Below, one piece after another: positions 48,458 through 58,565 of a DNA stretch of 64,000 bases. Both the position numbers and the translations under genes were made by a program. Origin of the DNA: Terriglobia bacterium (lineage in GTDB: Bacteria; Acidobacteriota; Terriglobia; Acidiferrales; UBA7541); the NCBI GenBank assembly GCA_020073485.1, contig JAIQFB010000011.1:50046-114045 (forward strand). Reading direction: 5' to 3'. The notes beneath the pieces are model-generated. The model was not told the DNA's origin and searched no databases. It saw only the letters and a list, made by a program, of their open reading frames with translations. Within the stretch, counting starts at the first letter, position 1. Every line of letters starts with the position of its first letter.

Positions 48458-49467
48458 AGAAAATCGCAATCATCGGAGGAGGAAGCTGGGGCACGGCCCT
48501 GGCCATTGCCTTGACGCGATCCGCGCGCCCGCACCGCATCGCGCTTTGGGCGCACAGCGCGGACGTCGTGGAGATGCTGGCCACGCAGCGGATCAATAAA
48601 ATCTACCTGCCTGGTTTCGAGTTGCCCCGGGAGGTGGAGGTCACCGGATCGCTGGGAAAAGCCCTCGCGGGCGCGGACATCGTACTCGGCGTGATGCCCG
48701 CGGCTCATGCGCGCGAGATGTACCGCGCGATGCGCCCCCTGGTCGAGCCGCATGCCGTTTTCGTGAGCGCCACCAAAGGTCTTGAACCCGCCACGCACGC
48801 CCGCATCAGCGATGTCATCGCCGAGGAAATCGGCAAACGAAGCGACGGAGGATCCCCGCGCATCGCCGTTCTTTCCGGCCCAAGCTTTGCCGCCGAAGTC
48901 GCCGCCGGAGATCCCACGGTCGCGGTCCTGGCATCGTCGGACGCAGCGCTGGCAACCGAAGTCCAGGAGGAATTCTCGGGCCCAAGATTCCGGCTCTACA
49001 CCAACGATGACGTCATCGGTACGGAGATTGCCGGTGCGGTGAAAAACGTGATCGCCATCGCCGCTGGGGTAAGCGCTGGGCTGGGTCTGGGCACCAACAC
49101 GATGGCCGCTCTGGTGACGCGCGGCCTGGCGGAAATGACGCGCCTCGCCGTGGCCCTGGGAGGCCGCCGCGAAACCCTCGCGGGACTCGCCGGGGTTGGC
49201 GACCTCATCCTCACTGCCACCGGCGCGCTCAGCCGCAACCGCTCGGTGGGCATCGAGCTGGGCAAGGGGCGCGAGCTTCGGGACATCCTCGGGGCGACAC
49301 GCATGGTCGCCGAGGGCGTCGGAAGCACTGCAGCCACGCTGGAACTGGCTCGCCGCGCGGGCGTCGAAATGCCCATCACCGAACAGGTTCATGCGGTCCT
49401 GACTGCAGGCCGCGCCTCGGCCGACGGCATCCGCGAATTGATGGAACGCCGCCTCAAGCAGGAGTAA
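48454..49467 (+). CDS. gpsA: NAD(P)H-dependent glycerol-3-phosphate dehydrogenase
   Basis: 337 aa. IGGGSWGTALA and GAVKNVIAIAAG. A 4-nt overlap with plsY. Confidence 0.95.
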   Translation: MKKIAIIGGGSWGTALAIALTRSARPHRIALWAHSADVVEMLATQRINKIYLPGFELPREVEVTGSLGKALAGADIVLGVMPAAHAREMYRAMRPLVEPHAVFVSATKGLEPATHARISDVIAEEIGKRSDGGSPRIAVLSGPSFAAEVAAGDPTVAVLASSDAALATEVQEEFSGPRFRLYTNDDVIGTEIAGAVKNVIAIAAGVSAGLGLGTNTMAALVTRGLAEMTRLAVALGGRRETLAGLAGVGDLILTATGALSRNRSVGIELGKGRELRDILGATRMVAEGVGSTAATLELARRAGVEMPITEQVHAVLTAGRASADGIRELMERRLKQE

Positions 49468-49573
49468 GTTTTCGGACCACCCCGTAGCTAATCCGCATCA
49501 CCCTGGGTTTCCCTCCTTCAGCCAGGGCTGGCTGGATAGTAAAATTAAAGGGACAAGTCAGGACCATCCAAAC

Positions 49574-51346
49574 GTGGACCTCGAACACCTCAAATCGCAA
49601 CTCCTCCACCGGCCCCGGATCCTCTGGCTGGTGCTGGGCGCCATGCTGCTGGTCAGCGTGCTGCCGTTGTCTCTCTATCACCGTCAGGTTCTGCAACTTA
49701 GCCAGGCAAAGCTGACCGATACTGAGAGCGTCCAGCAGACAGAAGTCACCCGCTCTCTGGCCGAGGAAATTCAGCTCTTCGACGCCAATCTCTACCAGCA
49801 ACTGATCAGCGAGCGGCAAATTCTGGAGCTCACCGGCCTGACCGACAAGGTTGATAGCTCGGCGCGCGCCCCGCAGGTCACCAGCGTCCTGGAAAATTTC
49901 GTCGCCAGCAATCCCAACATTTTGTACCTGACTGCCGTCAGCAAAGACGCCAAGGGCGCGGAGGCCGGAAATTTCCGGGCCGATCAGGATCCTTTTGTCA
50001 GCAAGGCCCTGCAGCGCGCGTTCACCACCACCATGCAATCACTGATCTTCCGCAGCGACCCGCTGGCGATCGGCTCGGAAAACCGGCCGGCGTTTATCAT
50101 GGCCGTGCCGCTGGAGATCAACGATCATTTTTCAGGGATGCTGGCGGCGGTCGTGTCGCTCGACGGAGTCCTCCGGAGGCTCAAGGAAACCAGCGTCCGC
50201 GGGCGCGTGGTGTTCATCGTGGACCACAACGGGCAAATCGTGGCGCACCCGGACACGCGGCAGTTTGTGCCCGGCGCCGATGCCCGGCCGAATTCCCCGG
50301 TCGCGGTGCAAGTGGCCGCGTTGCCCAAAGAATTGCGCACCACCGAGACCATGCGCCGCTTCCAGACGCTGGAAAATGGCCACAAAGCGGAAATGGTGGG
50401 GACCTACACAACGATTCCGGACCTGAACTGGGCCGTGGTCGCGCAGCGCGGCCTGGACGAAGCGCGCGCCGATGCCGGCGTCAATGAGTTGAACGCGCAG
50501 GCGCTCAAATTCGTGGTTGTGGTCACCTTCGCGGCACTGATTCTCGGCTACTTGTTTGCCGTCGGCATCAGCACGCCGATTCGCGCACTGGCCGCTTCCA
50601 CCCTGGCCATCAGCCGCGGAGAATTCCACCAGCGCACGCCCGTGCAGGGCGCCGCGGAAATCAGCGAACTCGCTGAAACCTTCAACAGCATGGCCGGCGA
50701 CATCGAGGAATTCGTCGAGCAGCTCAAGCAGGCGGCCAACGAAAATCACGAGCTCTTCCTCGGCTCCATCCGCATGCTCGCCGCGGCCATCGACGAAAAA
50801 GATCCGTACACGCGCGGCCATTCCGACCGTGTCGCGAAATATTCCGTCATCGTCGGGCAATATCTCGGGCTTCGCGCCGAAGACCTCGACAAGATCCGCA
50901 TTTCCGCGCTGCTGCACGACGTCGGCAAAATCGGCGTGGACGACCGCGTGTTGAAAAAGCCCGGCAAGCTCACCGACGAGGAATTCGATTTGATGAAGCA
51001 GCACCCCTCCAAGGGCGCGAACATCATGCGCCCGGTCGCGCAGCTCAAGGAAATGCTGCCGGGCATCGAACTGCATCACGAGCACGTGGACGGAGGCGGA
51101 TATCCCCACGGCCTGCAGGGCGACGAAATTCCGTTAATGGCGCGCATCATTGCCGCCGCCGATACGCTCGACGCCATGACCACCAACCGTCCCTATCAAT
51201 CCGGCATGGACCTGGAATTCGCCATGAACCGCATCCGCCAGCTCACCGGCACGAAGTTTGACGCGGCCGTGGTCGACGCCCTGGACCGCGCCGTACGCGC
51301 CGGAAAAATCCGCCTCACCGCCAAGCTCGTCGAAGCCCAAGTGTAA
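49574..51346 (+). CDS. membrane sensor with periplasmic Cache-like domain, HAMP domain and HD-GYP output (cyclic-di-GMP phosphodiesterase type)
   Basis: 590 aa with a GTG start. Two TM segments flank a region of about 270 aa. HAMP domain (PIRALAASTLAISRGEF). HD...HHEHVDGGGYPHGL. Confidence 0.85.
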   Translation: MDLEHLKSQLLHRPRILWLVLGAMLLVSVLPLSLYHRQVLQLSQAKLTDTESVQQTEVTRSLAEEIQLFDANLYQQLISERQILELTGLTDKVDSSARAPQVTSVLENFVASNPNILYLTAVSKDAKGAEAGNFRADQDPFVSKALQRAFTTTMQSLIFRSDPLAIGSENRPAFIMAVPLEINDHFSGMLAAVVSLDGVLRRLKETSVRGRVVFIVDHNGQIVAHPDTRQFVPGADARPNSPVAVQVAALPKELRTTETMRRFQTLENGHKAEMVGTYTTIPDLNWAVVAQRGLDEARADAGVNELNAQALKFVVVVTFAALILGYLFAVGISTPIRALAASTLAISRGEFHQRTPVQGAAEISELAETFNSMAGDIEEFVEQLKQAANENHELFLGSIRMLAAAIDEKDPYTRGHSDRVAKYSVIVGQYLGLRAEDLDKIRISALLHDVGKIGVDDRVLKKPGKLTDEEFDLMKQHPSKGANIMRPVAQLKEMLPGIELHHEHVDGGGYPHGLQGDEIPLMARIIAAADTLDAMTTNRPYQSGMDLEFAMNRIRQLTGTKFDAAVVDALDRAVRAGKIRLTAKLVEAQV

Positions 51347-51408
51347 AGCACCGTTCCGATTTCCAATCCAAAATAGTCACCGTGTCACTTTTCGGAGAGA
51401 GGTTTTTG

Positions 51409-51486
51409 GGTGGCGCCGGCGTCCCGCCGGCGGTTTTGCGAACCTTCGGCAAAACCCAAGAACGCCGGTCAGATGCCGGCGCCACC
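51409..51486. repeat. REP family E inverted repeat
   Basis: GGTGGCGCCGGCGTCCCGCCGGCG ... CGCCGGTCAGATGCCGGCGCCACC, with outer 12-bp arms that are exact complements. Confidence 0.8.
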
Positions 51487-51565
51487 ATCCCCCGCCCCGG
51501 CGCGTAACTCCACTTCCGTTCTGCTAGAATATGGGATTCGCCGCGTTGCACCGCGGCAAACCTAT

Positions 51566-52540
51566 ATGTTCTCGATCTTCGGCAAGGACGACAAAAACAA
51601 GGAACGCAAAGAAGGCGGGTCCCTGCTCGACCGCCTGAAGCAATCCGTCTCGAAGACGCGCACGCAGATCGCCGCGAAAGTCGAAGACCTGATTTCCGGC
51701 GAGAAGAAAATTGATCCCGGGCTGCTGACCAAACTGGAAAACGCATTACTCGCCGCCGACATCGGCCCGCGAACCACGCATCAGATCCTGGAAGCGGTGC
51801 GCCAGAGGCTGGAACGCCACGCGCTCACCAATGCGGCGGACCTCAAGACCGAGCTGAAAAACCAGCTTCTCTATGCGCTGCGGTCGCTGCCCTCCTCGAA
51901 GGAAACCGAATCGGCCGCCCAGACAACGCGCCCGCACGTCATTTTCGTCGTCGGCGTGAACGGCACCGGCAAGACCACGACCATCGGTAAACTCGCGCAT
52001 CGCTTGCGGCAAAACGGAAAAAACGTGGTCCTGGCCGCGGGCGATACGTTTCGCGCCGCCGCCATCGAGCAGCTCGCCGTCTGGGCCGCGCGAACCGGCT
52101 CGGAAATCATCAAGACGAAATCGGGCGGCGACCCTGCGGCCGTCGTGTTCGACGCTCTCTCGTCGGCGCGCGCGCGCAACGCCGACGTCGTCATCGTGGA
52201 CACCGCGGGCCGCCTGCACACCAAATCCAATCTCATGGCCGAACTCGACAAGATGAAGCGCACCGCCGCGAAAGTCGTTCCCGGCGCGCCGCACGAAGTC
52301 CTGCTGGTGATGGACGCGACCACCGGGCAGAACGGCCTGTCGCAGGCCCGCGAATTCACGGCCACGGCTGGAGTGACCGGCATCGTGCTGACGAAACTCG
52401 ACGGCACGGCCAAGGGCGGCATCGTCGTGGCCATCACGCGCGAACTCGGCTTGCCCGTGCGCTACGTCGGCACCGGCGAATCAATGGAGGACCTGCTTCC
52501 GTTCGATCCGGAAGCGTTTGTTTCTTCCCTGTTTGATTGA
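51566..52540 (+). CDS. ftsY: signal recognition particle receptor FtsY
   Basis: ORF 51410..52540 trimmed to the ATG at 51566 (MFSIFGKDDK). GVNGTGKTTTIGKLA, DTAGRL, and TKLDGTAKGG. Confidence 0.93.
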   Translation: MFSIFGKDDKNKERKEGGSLLDRLKQSVSKTRTQIAAKVEDLISGEKKIDPGLLTKLENALLAADIGPRTTHQILEAVRQRLERHALTNAADLKTELKNQLLYALRSLPSSKETESAAQTTRPHVIFVVGVNGTGKTTTIGKLAHRLRQNGKNVVLAAGDTFRAAAIEQLAVWAARTGSEIIKTKSGGDPAAVVFDALSSARARNADVVIVDTAGRLHTKSNLMAELDKMKRTAAKVVPGAPHEVLLVMDATTGQNGLSQAREFTATAGVTGIVLTKLDGTAKGGIVVAITRELGLPVRYVGTGESMEDLLPFDPEAFVSSLFD

Positions 52541-52548
52541 CGAATCAC

Positions 52549-53739
52549 ATGAACGCAACCGTATCATCGAGTACCCCACCCGCGACGACCGCCGCCGACG
52601 CAGTCTTCATGGACCGCGCGCTGGAACTGGCCGCGCGCGGCGTCGCGCTCGCCAGCCCCAATCCCATGGTCGGCGCTGTCCTGGTGCGTGAAGGGAAAAT
52701 CATTGGCGAGGGTTTTCATGCCTACGAAGGCATCCTGCACGCCGAGATCGTCGCGCTGGAATCGGCAGGCGGCACCGCGCGAGGCGCGACGCTGTACATC
52801 AATCTGGAGCCATGCTGCCACACGGGGCGCACCGGGCCCTGCACGAAAGGCTTGATTGCCGCGGGCGTCGCGCGCGTCGTGGCGGCTATGGCCGACCCCA
52901 ACCCAGTTGTCGCGGGTCGCGGCTTCCAGGAACTGCGCGAGGCCGGCATCGAAGTCGCCGCCGGCCTGCGCGAGGCTGAAGCGCGCCGCCTCAACGAAGC
53001 CTTTGCATGGTGGATTGTTTCCAAGAAGCCGCTGGTGACGCTGAAGTCCGCGCTCACGCTCGACGGCCAACTGGCCCTGCCGGTCCCGCCCGGACGCGCC
53101 CGGCCGAAGCTGAAGGACCGCTGGATCTCGTCGGAGGAATCCCGCGCCGAAGTGCAAATCATGCGCCACGCCTCCGACGCGCTGCTGACCGGCATCGACA
53201 CGGTCCTCGCCGACGATCCGCTGCTCAACGACCGCACGGGATTGCCGCGCCGCCGCAATCTGCTGCGCGTGGTGATGGATTCACGCCTGCGCCTGCCGCC
53301 GCGGTCGAAGCTGGTGCGCTCGGCCGATGGCGATGTACTTGTCTTTACCCGCGCAAAGGAAGACTCGCCGAAAGCGAAAGCGTTGCGCCGCGCGGGCGTG
53401 GAAGTAGTTCGCCTCGGCGGCGGACGCGGCGCGCGGCCCGACCTGTGCCCGGCCATCGAGGAGCTTGGCCGCCGCGGAGTCCTGAGCGTCCTGCTGGAAG
53501 CGGGCGCGACGCTGAATTCCGCCGCCCTCTCCGCCGGAATTGTGGATAAGATGCGTGTGTTCTTCGCGCCCAAGATCGCCGGATTCAGCGTTCCCGCTTT
53601 TGCAGGAAAGAAATCAGGCGCGGCTCGCGCATCAAACGCCTTCCGCGCGGCGCAGGACCTTCGCAACGTAACCATGGCGCAATTTGGAGCTGATTTCGCA
53701 GTCGAGGGATATCTCCGCGATGTTTACCGGACTCGTTGA
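52549..53739 (+). CDS. ribD: bifunctional riboflavin biosynthesis deaminase/reductase
   Basis: Start taken at the ATG at 52549. Deaminase zinc motifs HAEIVAL and PCCHTGRTGPC, plus a C-terminal reductase domain. Confidence 0.92.
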   Translation: MNATVSSSTPPATTAADAVFMDRALELAARGVALASPNPMVGAVLVREGKIIGEGFHAYEGILHAEIVALESAGGTARGATLYINLEPCCHTGRTGPCTKGLIAAGVARVVAAMADPNPVVAGRGFQELREAGIEVAAGLREAEARRLNEAFAWWIVSKKPLVTLKSALTLDGQLALPVPPGRARPKLKDRWISSEESRAEVQIMRHASDALLTGIDTVLADDPLLNDRTGLPRRRNLLRVVMDSRLRLPPRSKLVRSADGDVLVFTRAKEDSPKAKALRRAGVEVVRLGGGRGARPDLCPAIEELGRRGVLSVLLEAGATLNSAALSAGIVDKMRVFFAPKIAGFSVPAFAGKKSGAARASNAFRAAQDLRNVTMAQFGADFAVEGYLRDVYRTR

Positions 53740-54364
53740 GCAGGTCGGCACAATCGAATCGTTCGAGCGAAGCGACGCGGGCGCCAGCATTCGCGTGAAC
53801 GCCGGCCCGCTCGCCGACGGCTTGGCGAAATCAGGGAGCATCGCCGTCAACGGCTGCTGCCTCACCGCCATCGACATTTCCGGAAAAACGTTTGCCGCCG
53901 ATCTCTCCGGCGAAACGCTGCGCCGCACCAGCCTGGGCGAATTAAAACCCGGCGCGCGCGTGAACCTCGAGCGTCCGCTCACGGCCATGAAGGAACTCGG
54001 CGGCCACTTCGTGCAAGGCCACGTCGACGGCGTCGGCCGCGTCGCGCGCCTCGACCCCGAAGGCGCCAACTGGTGGTTCGGCGTCCGCGTGCCCGACGAA
54101 CTCGCGCGCTACGTCGCCATGAAAGGCTCCATCGCGCTCGACGGCATCAGCCTCACCGTCGCCGGCTGGCACGACGGCGTGGTCGAAACCGCCATCATTC
54201 CCTTCACCTACGAGCACACCAATCTTTCCTCCCTGAAACCCGGCGGCGCCGTGAACGTCGAGTGCGACATCCTGGCCAAGTACGTCGAGCGGATGATCCA
54301 GGCGAGGGTGGAAACACCCAAGTCGCAGCTCAGCGTTGCTCGATTGATCGAAGAAGGGTTTTAG
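53720..54364 (+). CDS. ribE: riboflavin synthase alpha chain
   Basis: ORF trimmed to the ATG at 53720 (MFTGLVEQVG). A two-barrel internal repeat (SIAVNGCCLT / SIALDGISLT). It overlaps ribD by 20 nt. Confidence 0.92.
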   Translation: MFTGLVEQVGTIESFERSDAGASIRVNAGPLADGLAKSGSIAVNGCCLTAIDISGKTFAADLSGETLRRTSLGELKPGARVNLERPLTAMKELGGHFVQGHVDGVGRVARLDPEGANWWFGVRVPDELARYVAMKGSIALDGISLTVAGWHDGVVETAIIPFTYEHTNLSSLKPGGAVNVECDILAKYVERMIQARVETPKSQLSVARLIEEGF

Positions 54365-54454
54365 GCTAGGTGACCAACACGGGGATCTTTCCAACAGCAC
54401 AGGATATGCCTGGTTGGGGCAAGCAACGTCGCGCGATGCTCTGCCTGGATTCTC

Positions 54455-55108
54455 TCAGGCCATAATTTCAGAAATCCGTGGGGACACTATCTCGCCACGC
54501 CTGGTTACGACGACATCCTCCGGAAAATCCTGGCGAAATTCGACCTGCAAGGAGTCGAGCCGGTCCAAGAATTCCGTGAGGCGCGGCAAACAGGCATTGT
54601 TTACATCATGCAGAACAACGACCGCCCAATCGCGCGCCGCCACATCCGCGATGCCTTTCTCGATCCACCCGTCTTGATCTTTCCAGTCTCCCGGCACGCT
54701 GGACCACAACACGCAGGTATACTTTCCTGCCTGCAGAAGATCCAGCGCCGCGGGGCTTAACAGATGAGGTCCCAGCAACCCTCCGCCTCCCATGGGCCGG
54801 AAGAATCTTTCAGGGTGGGCCAGCTCCCCGATCAACTCTTGCGTGTTCTCAATCTCCCGCCGGGCATATTCGGCGTCAGGCCGATCGCCCAGCGGCACGC
54901 TGTGCGTGAACGAATGGTTGCCAATCCAGTGGCCCTCCGATTGGGCCCTGACGGCCAGTTCCCTTCCGCCCGGGCTCATGAGATTTTTCCCGAGAACGAA
55001 AAATGTGCAATGTATTTTGCGGGCGGACAGAATATCGAGCACTTGTTCGGTAACGCCGGGCGTCGGCCCGTTGTCGAAAGTGAGCGTCACGCGCTTGGCG
55101 GCTATCAT
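54455..55108 (-). CDS. polysaccharide deacetylase (NodB homology domain)
   Basis: 217 aa. Motif 1 reads TFDNGP (canonical TFDDG). Motif 2 is NHSFTHS. Confidence 0.8.
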   Translation of the reverse strand: MIAAKRVTLTFDNGPTPGVTEQVLDILSARKIHCTFFVLGKNLMSPGGRELAVRAQSEGHWIGNHSFTHSVPLGDRPDAEYARREIENTQELIGELAHPERFFRPMGGGGLLGPHLLSPAALDLLQAGKYTCVLWSSVPGDWKDQDGWIEKGIADVAARDWAVVVLHDVNNACLPRLTEFLDRLDSLQVEFRQDFPEDVVVTRRGEIVSPRISEIMA

Positions 55109-55205
55109 GTTTCCTGTCTTGGTTTCTTACGCGGTCCGCATTGTACGCCGGCGGCCTCCACTCGGGCCAGCAGCCTCGCGAAGGACGCGATGTTTTTTGC
55201 GGAAG

Positions 55206-56168
55206 CTAGTGTTGCGGCAGGGGACCGGCGACGGCGGTTTGCACCTGGGAATCGGGCGGCGTGGAAAGCATGTCCAATTCCGGCGTGACCTCGTGCGGAT
55301 GCCGGACGACGTAGTGCGCGATCAAGTAGCCGATTGCCGCTCCCGCGAACACGTCGGAGGGGAAATGGGCTTGCAGCGGAACGCGCGAAAAACCAACCAG
55401 GCCCGCCAGTCCGTACGCCAGCCATACGTGCCATGCAGGATGCGGATACCGGTCGGCAAACACGGTGGCGACAGAGAACGCCGCGATCGTGTGCCCGGAG
55501 GGAAAACTTCCCACGCCGCCGATGTAGCTCCCCTGGGTTTGCTTGAACCAGGTGGCGGATAAATCCCCGCCGGGAGGAACCGAATTTGGACGGTAGCGCC
55601 GGTCGATATCCTTCAGCACGGTAGTGACGACTTCGGCATCGATGACTGCCTCGCCCGCAAGCAGCACGGTATGCTGCGCGTAGACATCCTTTCGTATCAG
55701 ACCGATGGCGTAAAACGCGGCCGGAAACACTTCCATGGCGGTCGCCGTATTGAAGCCGCTAAAAGTCTTATTGAATCCATCGAATGCATGCGTTGTCTGG
55801 ACGGGCCTCATGATGCGTTCATCCGAAACGGCAAGCGCGGCCGTGATCCCCAGAATGGCGAGCGTCGGCTTGAGGTGGTGTCCGCGAGCCACCAAAACCG
55901 GAAACGTCCAAATTTGCCTTTGGTCCTGGAGCAGATTCGGTACCAGCAACCGCCAGGAAACTTCCCTTTCCGGCGTAATTCTGGAAACGGGTGCGGATAT
56001 TGCCGGACCGGATGCGGCAGGAGCCGAGGATGCCGGATCGGATGCCGGCACAGCCTCGGCACTTGGCTCAGCGCCCATCGCGGAAATATCCTGCGCGGCG
56101 CATCGTTGCATCATGGCCAGGGCCGCAATCAGCACAAAAACAAGGCGAATTCTCAGAGGGTTGCGCAT
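55206..56168 (-). CDS. PAP2-superfamily phosphatase, membrane/secreted
   Basis: 320 aa with a signal peptide. The tripartite motif KDIDRRYRP, PSGHT, SRVPLQAHFPSD. Confidence 0.85.
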   Translation of the reverse strand: MRNPLRIRLVFVLIAALAMMQRCAAQDISAMGAEPSAEAVPASDPASSAPAASGPAISAPVSRITPEREVSWRLLVPNLLQDQRQIWTFPVLVARGHHLKPTLAILGITAALAVSDERIMRPVQTTHAFDGFNKTFSGFNTATAMEVFPAAFYAIGLIRKDVYAQHTVLLAGEAVIDAEVVTTVLKDIDRRYRPNSVPPGGDLSATWFKQTQGSYIGGVGSFPSGHTIAAFSVATVFADRYPHPAWHVWLAYGLAGLVGFSRVPLQAHFPSDVFAGAAIGYLIAHYVVRHPHEVTPELDMLSTPPDSQVQTAVAGPLPQH

Positions 56169-56328
56169 AGTTCGGGCCCAATCACTGTAGCAAGATTCTC
56201 CAGGTTGGGATTATGAATCGAAGGCCTAATGCGCCAACTTATTACTGGCTTTCGGGACAGTTTGCGGTGGCCTGGTCTCCGCAAGTTTCCCAGAAGCGCC
56301 CCGGTGCAGAATTGAGGAATGCCGCGGG

Positions 56329-57768
56329 TCAGCTCGAGTGTTGCGCGCTCTTCTCCCGCGCCCCGCGATAATACAGGATTAGTCCCAGCATTACGGACAG
56401 CACGGTCCCCGCCACCAGCTTCGTCTCAAACAGAATCTTGCTGGTCGTGTCCCCCGGAGGAATGAAGGAGAGGACAATTCCAATGGCGACCACCAGCAAT
56501 CCAAATCCCGAAGCGAGAATGACTCCGACCCGGCCGCCCGGAATAAGCACCGCCGATTTGTTCTCCTGCCGGTCAGGCAGCGCGTAGAGCTTGATTGCCG
56601 CGGCATACATGTAAAGGAACGGAATAAAATAAAGGATGGTCGCGGCATCGACCAGAATCTGGTACGCGCCGCGCATGCTGTCGCTGATCTGCGCCAGCAG
56701 CAGAATCACGCCGGAAATCACAGCCTGCACCAGAATGGAAATATAAGGGGTCTTCCACTTGGGATGAATTTTCCCGAAGGCCTCCGGAAGGTACCGGTCA
56801 ATCCCGACGATGAACGGGATGCGCGCGACTCCCGCGACCGTCGATCCCACCCCGCCCAGGTTTCCCACCGTTACCAGCAGGGCGGCAATCACCCCGGCCG
56901 AGGCCATGCGCAGCGCCGTTGACCCCTGAGTCATCGCCTGGAAGACCCCGCTCTTGGTATCCACGCTCTCGCTCGGCAGGATCATCAGCACGGCGATAGT
57001 TCCCGCGATATACATCAGGGCGATCAGCCCTCCGGAAGCAAAAATCGCGCGCGAGAAGACGCGCTGCGGGTCGCGCACTTCCTCGCTCATCACCGAAACC
57101 AGTTCCAGTCCGGTAAAGGCAAATGCGAGCTGCGGCCAGAAATTTACCGTGTCCCAATCCCAGTGCGGAATCATCGCGGCCACCGTGAAGTGCGTCACCG
57201 AGCCGTGGCGCCATCCCAGCACCAGCGCAACGCCCACAATCATCATCAGCGGCACGTAGGTCCCCACGCCGCCGGCATTCTGCAACCATTTGCCGATGTG
57301 CAATCCGATGATGTTCAGGTACACGGCAATAAACAACATCACGAGAGAGCCCACCAGCAGGAATGTGCGATTTTCGGCGAGCCAGGCGTTTCCAGCGCCG
57401 CCAACGTAAGACGTCATGGCCGCGCTGGCCAGCAGCAATCCGGGGAAATAAAATACGGTGTAAATCCAGTACGTCCATCCGGCTACAAATCCGTGGAAAT
57501 CGCCGAACGCCATCTTCGTCCAGACGTACAGGCCGCCCTCTTCGGGAAAACGCGTGGAGAGTTCCACCACCACGTACGCCGTCGGCACGAAAAACAAGGC
57601 CGCCGCCAGGATCCACAGAGTGATGGAGGATTGGCCATTGCGCGCCGCCGCCGCAATCCATCGCGGGCCCAGGACCGCTCCGATTGTAAACAGCAATACG
57701 TCCCAGAAACCCATCACGCGGCGCAGCTGCTTTTTTGCGTCGGATGGGGCGGGGGGCGACTCGCTCAA
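56329..57768 (-). CDS. APC-superfamily amino acid permease
   Basis: 479 aa with about 12 TM segments. N-terminal KKQLRRVMGFWDVLLFTIGAVLGP is typical of the family. The apparent TTG start overlaps the stop of the upstream ATPase gene (TTGA). Confidence 0.85.
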   Translation of the reverse strand: MSESPPAPSDAKKQLRRVMGFWDVLLFTIGAVLGPRWIAAAARNGQSSITLWILAAALFFVPTAYVVVELSTRFPEEGGLYVWTKMAFGDFHGFVAGWTYWIYTVFYFPGLLLASAAMTSYVGGAGNAWLAENRTFLLVGSLVMLFIAVYLNIIGLHIGKWLQNAGGVGTYVPLMMIVGVALVLGWRHGSVTHFTVAAMIPHWDWDTVNFWPQLAFAFTGLELVSVMSEEVRDPQRVFSRAIFASGGLIALMYIAGTIAVLMILPSESVDTKSGVFQAMTQGSTALRMASAGVIAALLVTVGNLGGVGSTVAGVARIPFIVGIDRYLPEAFGKIHPKWKTPYISILVQAVISGVILLLAQISDSMRGAYQILVDAATILYFIPFLYMYAAAIKLYALPDRQENKSAVLIPGGRVGVILASGFGLLVVAIGIVLSFIPPGDTTSKILFETKLVAGTVLSVMLGLILYYRGAREKSAQHSS

Positions 57769-58565
57769 GAGATCACGTCCAGTGCGGGGATGAGTTGATC
57801 CTGGCGCAGGAAATTGTGCAGGAAAGGCTCCGGGGCGGCCTCGAACCCGGCCCAGGGCCCGAAATAAGCCACGCGCCCTTCATGCAGAAACACAATGCGG
57901 TCGGCCAGCTTCTTGGCCAGGTGCGTGTCGTGGGTCACAACCACCGAAGTCTTGTGAAATTTTTCTTTCAGCCGCAGGATCAAATCCCCGGTATGTGCGG
58001 CCATCAGCGGATCGACCATGGTGGTCGGCTCGTCGTACAGAATCGCCTCCGGATCCTGCGCCAGCGCCCGCGCGATGGCCACGGCGCGCTTCATGCCCGT
58101 ACTCAGTTCCGACGGCAGTTTATCGGCGACGTCGGCCACCTCCAGCATCTCTTCCAATTCGGCGACGCGCGCTTCTTTCTGCTCGTAAGTAAGCCCGGCA
58201 CTTTTTTCCAGCGGGAACGCGATGTTTTCGGCGACGGTCAGCGAATCGAACAGCGCGCCCGATTGAAATACCATGGTTACGCGCCTGCGGATTTCGGCCA
58301 TCTCTCTTTCGCTGCAATCCATAATGTCCTTGCCATCGATCAGGACCTGGCCCGAATCCGGCCGCAAGAATCCCATGATGTGCTTCAGAGCCACCGATTT
58401 TCCCACGCCGCTGCGCCCCATGATCACGCAGGTCTCGGCGCGGTCCACGAAGAAACTCACGTCGTTCAGGACCACGTGGTCGTCAAACGCCTTGCTGACA
58501 TTACGGAATTCGATGTAGTGGCCGGTGGCGGCCGTACCGGAGGGTTGTTCGATGCGCGCGCCCAT
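57765..58565 (-). CDS. ABC transporter ATP-binding protein, MlaF-like, with no cognate permease adjacent
   Basis: 266 aa. Walker A GRSGVGKS, signature LSTGMKRAVAIARAL, Walker B ILYDEPTT. Confidence 0.88.
   Translation of the reverse strand: MGARIEQPSGTAATGHYIEFRNVSKAFDDHVVLNDVSFFVDRAETCVIMGRSGVGKSVALKHIMGFLRPDSGQVLIDGKDIMDCSEREMAEIRRRVTMVFQSGALFDSLTVAENIAFPLEKSAGLTYEQKEARVAELEEMLEVADVADKLPSELSTGMKRAVAIARALAQDPEAILYDEPTTMVDPLMAAHTGDLILRLKEKFHKTSVVVTHDTHLAKKLADRIVFLHEGRVAYFGPWAGFEAAPEPFLHNFLRQDQLIPALDVIS

Noticed and set aside
51410-51565. The N-terminal extension of ftsY in the ORF track (MAPASRRRFCEP...). Similar extensions exist for yacG (44070), mutY (38642), moxR (36209), rpiB (5062), murD (20796) and ftsA (13192).
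   Set aside because: These extensions read through REP elements, tRNA genes or neighbouring genes. The conserved protein N-termini begin at internal starts with better ribosome-binding sites.
53684-54364. An expected FMN riboswitch or ribBA/ribH genes accompanying ribD-ribE.
   Set aside because: ribD starts within a few nt of the ftsY stop and ribE overlaps ribD, so there is no room for a leader. The region downstream of ribE is a convergent deacetylase gene. No riboswitch-like sequence was seen.
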